From contig JARDVH010000130.1 in assembly GCA_030324005.1 (NCBI GenBank), forward strand, positions 20,726,456 to 20,790,455: a stretch of 64,000 bases of DNA, given 5' to 3'. This document shows positions 63,400-64,000 of the stretch, piece by piece; positions within the stretch are counted from its first letter, which is position 1, and each line of letters opens with the position of its first letter. The position numbers and the translations under genes were made by a program. This DNA is from Negaprion brevirostris. Lineage: Eukaryota. A model generated the notes under the pieces. The model was not told the DNA's origin. It was given only the letters and a program-made list of their open reading frames with translations, and ran no database searches.

Positions 63400-64000
63400 C
63401 AAAAAAGGCAAATGCAATGTTTGCATTCATGTCGAGAGGTCTAGAATACAAGAACAGGGGTGTACTTCTGAGGCTGTGAAAGGCTCTGGTCAGGCCCCAT
63501 TTGGAGTATTGTGAGCAGTTTTGGACCCCATATCTACAGAAGAATGTGTTGGCCTTGGAAAGGGTCCAGAGGAGGCTCACAAAAATGATCCCTGGAATGA
63601 AGAGCTGGTCATATGAGGAACCGTTGAGGACTCTGGGTCTGTACTCATCAGAGCTCAGATGGTTGAGAGGGGATCTTATTGAAACTTACAGGATACTGAG
63701 AGGCCTGGATATAGTGGATGTGGAGAGGATGTTTCCACGAGCAGGAAAAACTAGAACCAGAAGGCACAACCTCAGGCAAAAGGGATGATCCTTTAAAACA
63801 GGAATGTGGAGGAACTCTTTGCCGCAGAAGGCTGTGGAGGCCAGGTCACTGAGTGTCTTTACGAGAGATGGGTTCTTGATTAATAACAGGATCAGGGGTT
63901 ATGGGGAAAAGGCAGGAGAATGGAGATAAGAAAACTATCAGCCATGATTGAATGGCAGAGCAGACTTGATGAGCAGTGTGGCCCAATTCTGCTCCAATGT
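63400..64000 (+). mobile_element. CR1 LINE 3' end
   Basis: LVRPHLEYCEQFW.PYL.K.VLALERVQRR, LGLYS, LRGDLIETY. Confidence 0.92.

Overview
Vertebrate genomic DNA, almost certainly a shark (inferred from HE1/V-SINE, DeuSINE and CR1 families recognised from memory), in a gapped scaffold with many N runs. The only host coding sequence I can support is one 125-nt internal exon of ABI2 (Abl interactor 2) on the minus strand (26133-26257). The ORF track misses it. The rest appears to be very long intron filled with decayed transposable elements: CR1 and L2 LINEs, at least four SINE families, Penelope-like elements (PLEs), Gypsy and solo-LTR remnants, and Harbinger transposase, Myb/SANT and MITE pieces. 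The most interesting signals are minimal type I hammerhead ribozyme motifs in PLE terminal repeats (one apparently intact at 1639-1677, minus), an inverted SINE pair bracketing the ABI2 exon, a non-repetitive intronic CpG island with a TF-motif cluster (about 45160-45950), an LF-SINE-like fossil, and a spliced Harbinger Myb/SANT gene lying sense to the host. Family names come from recalled consensus motifs, not database searches. Boundaries of old elements are approximate. I see no evidence for a wholly new protein-coding system.
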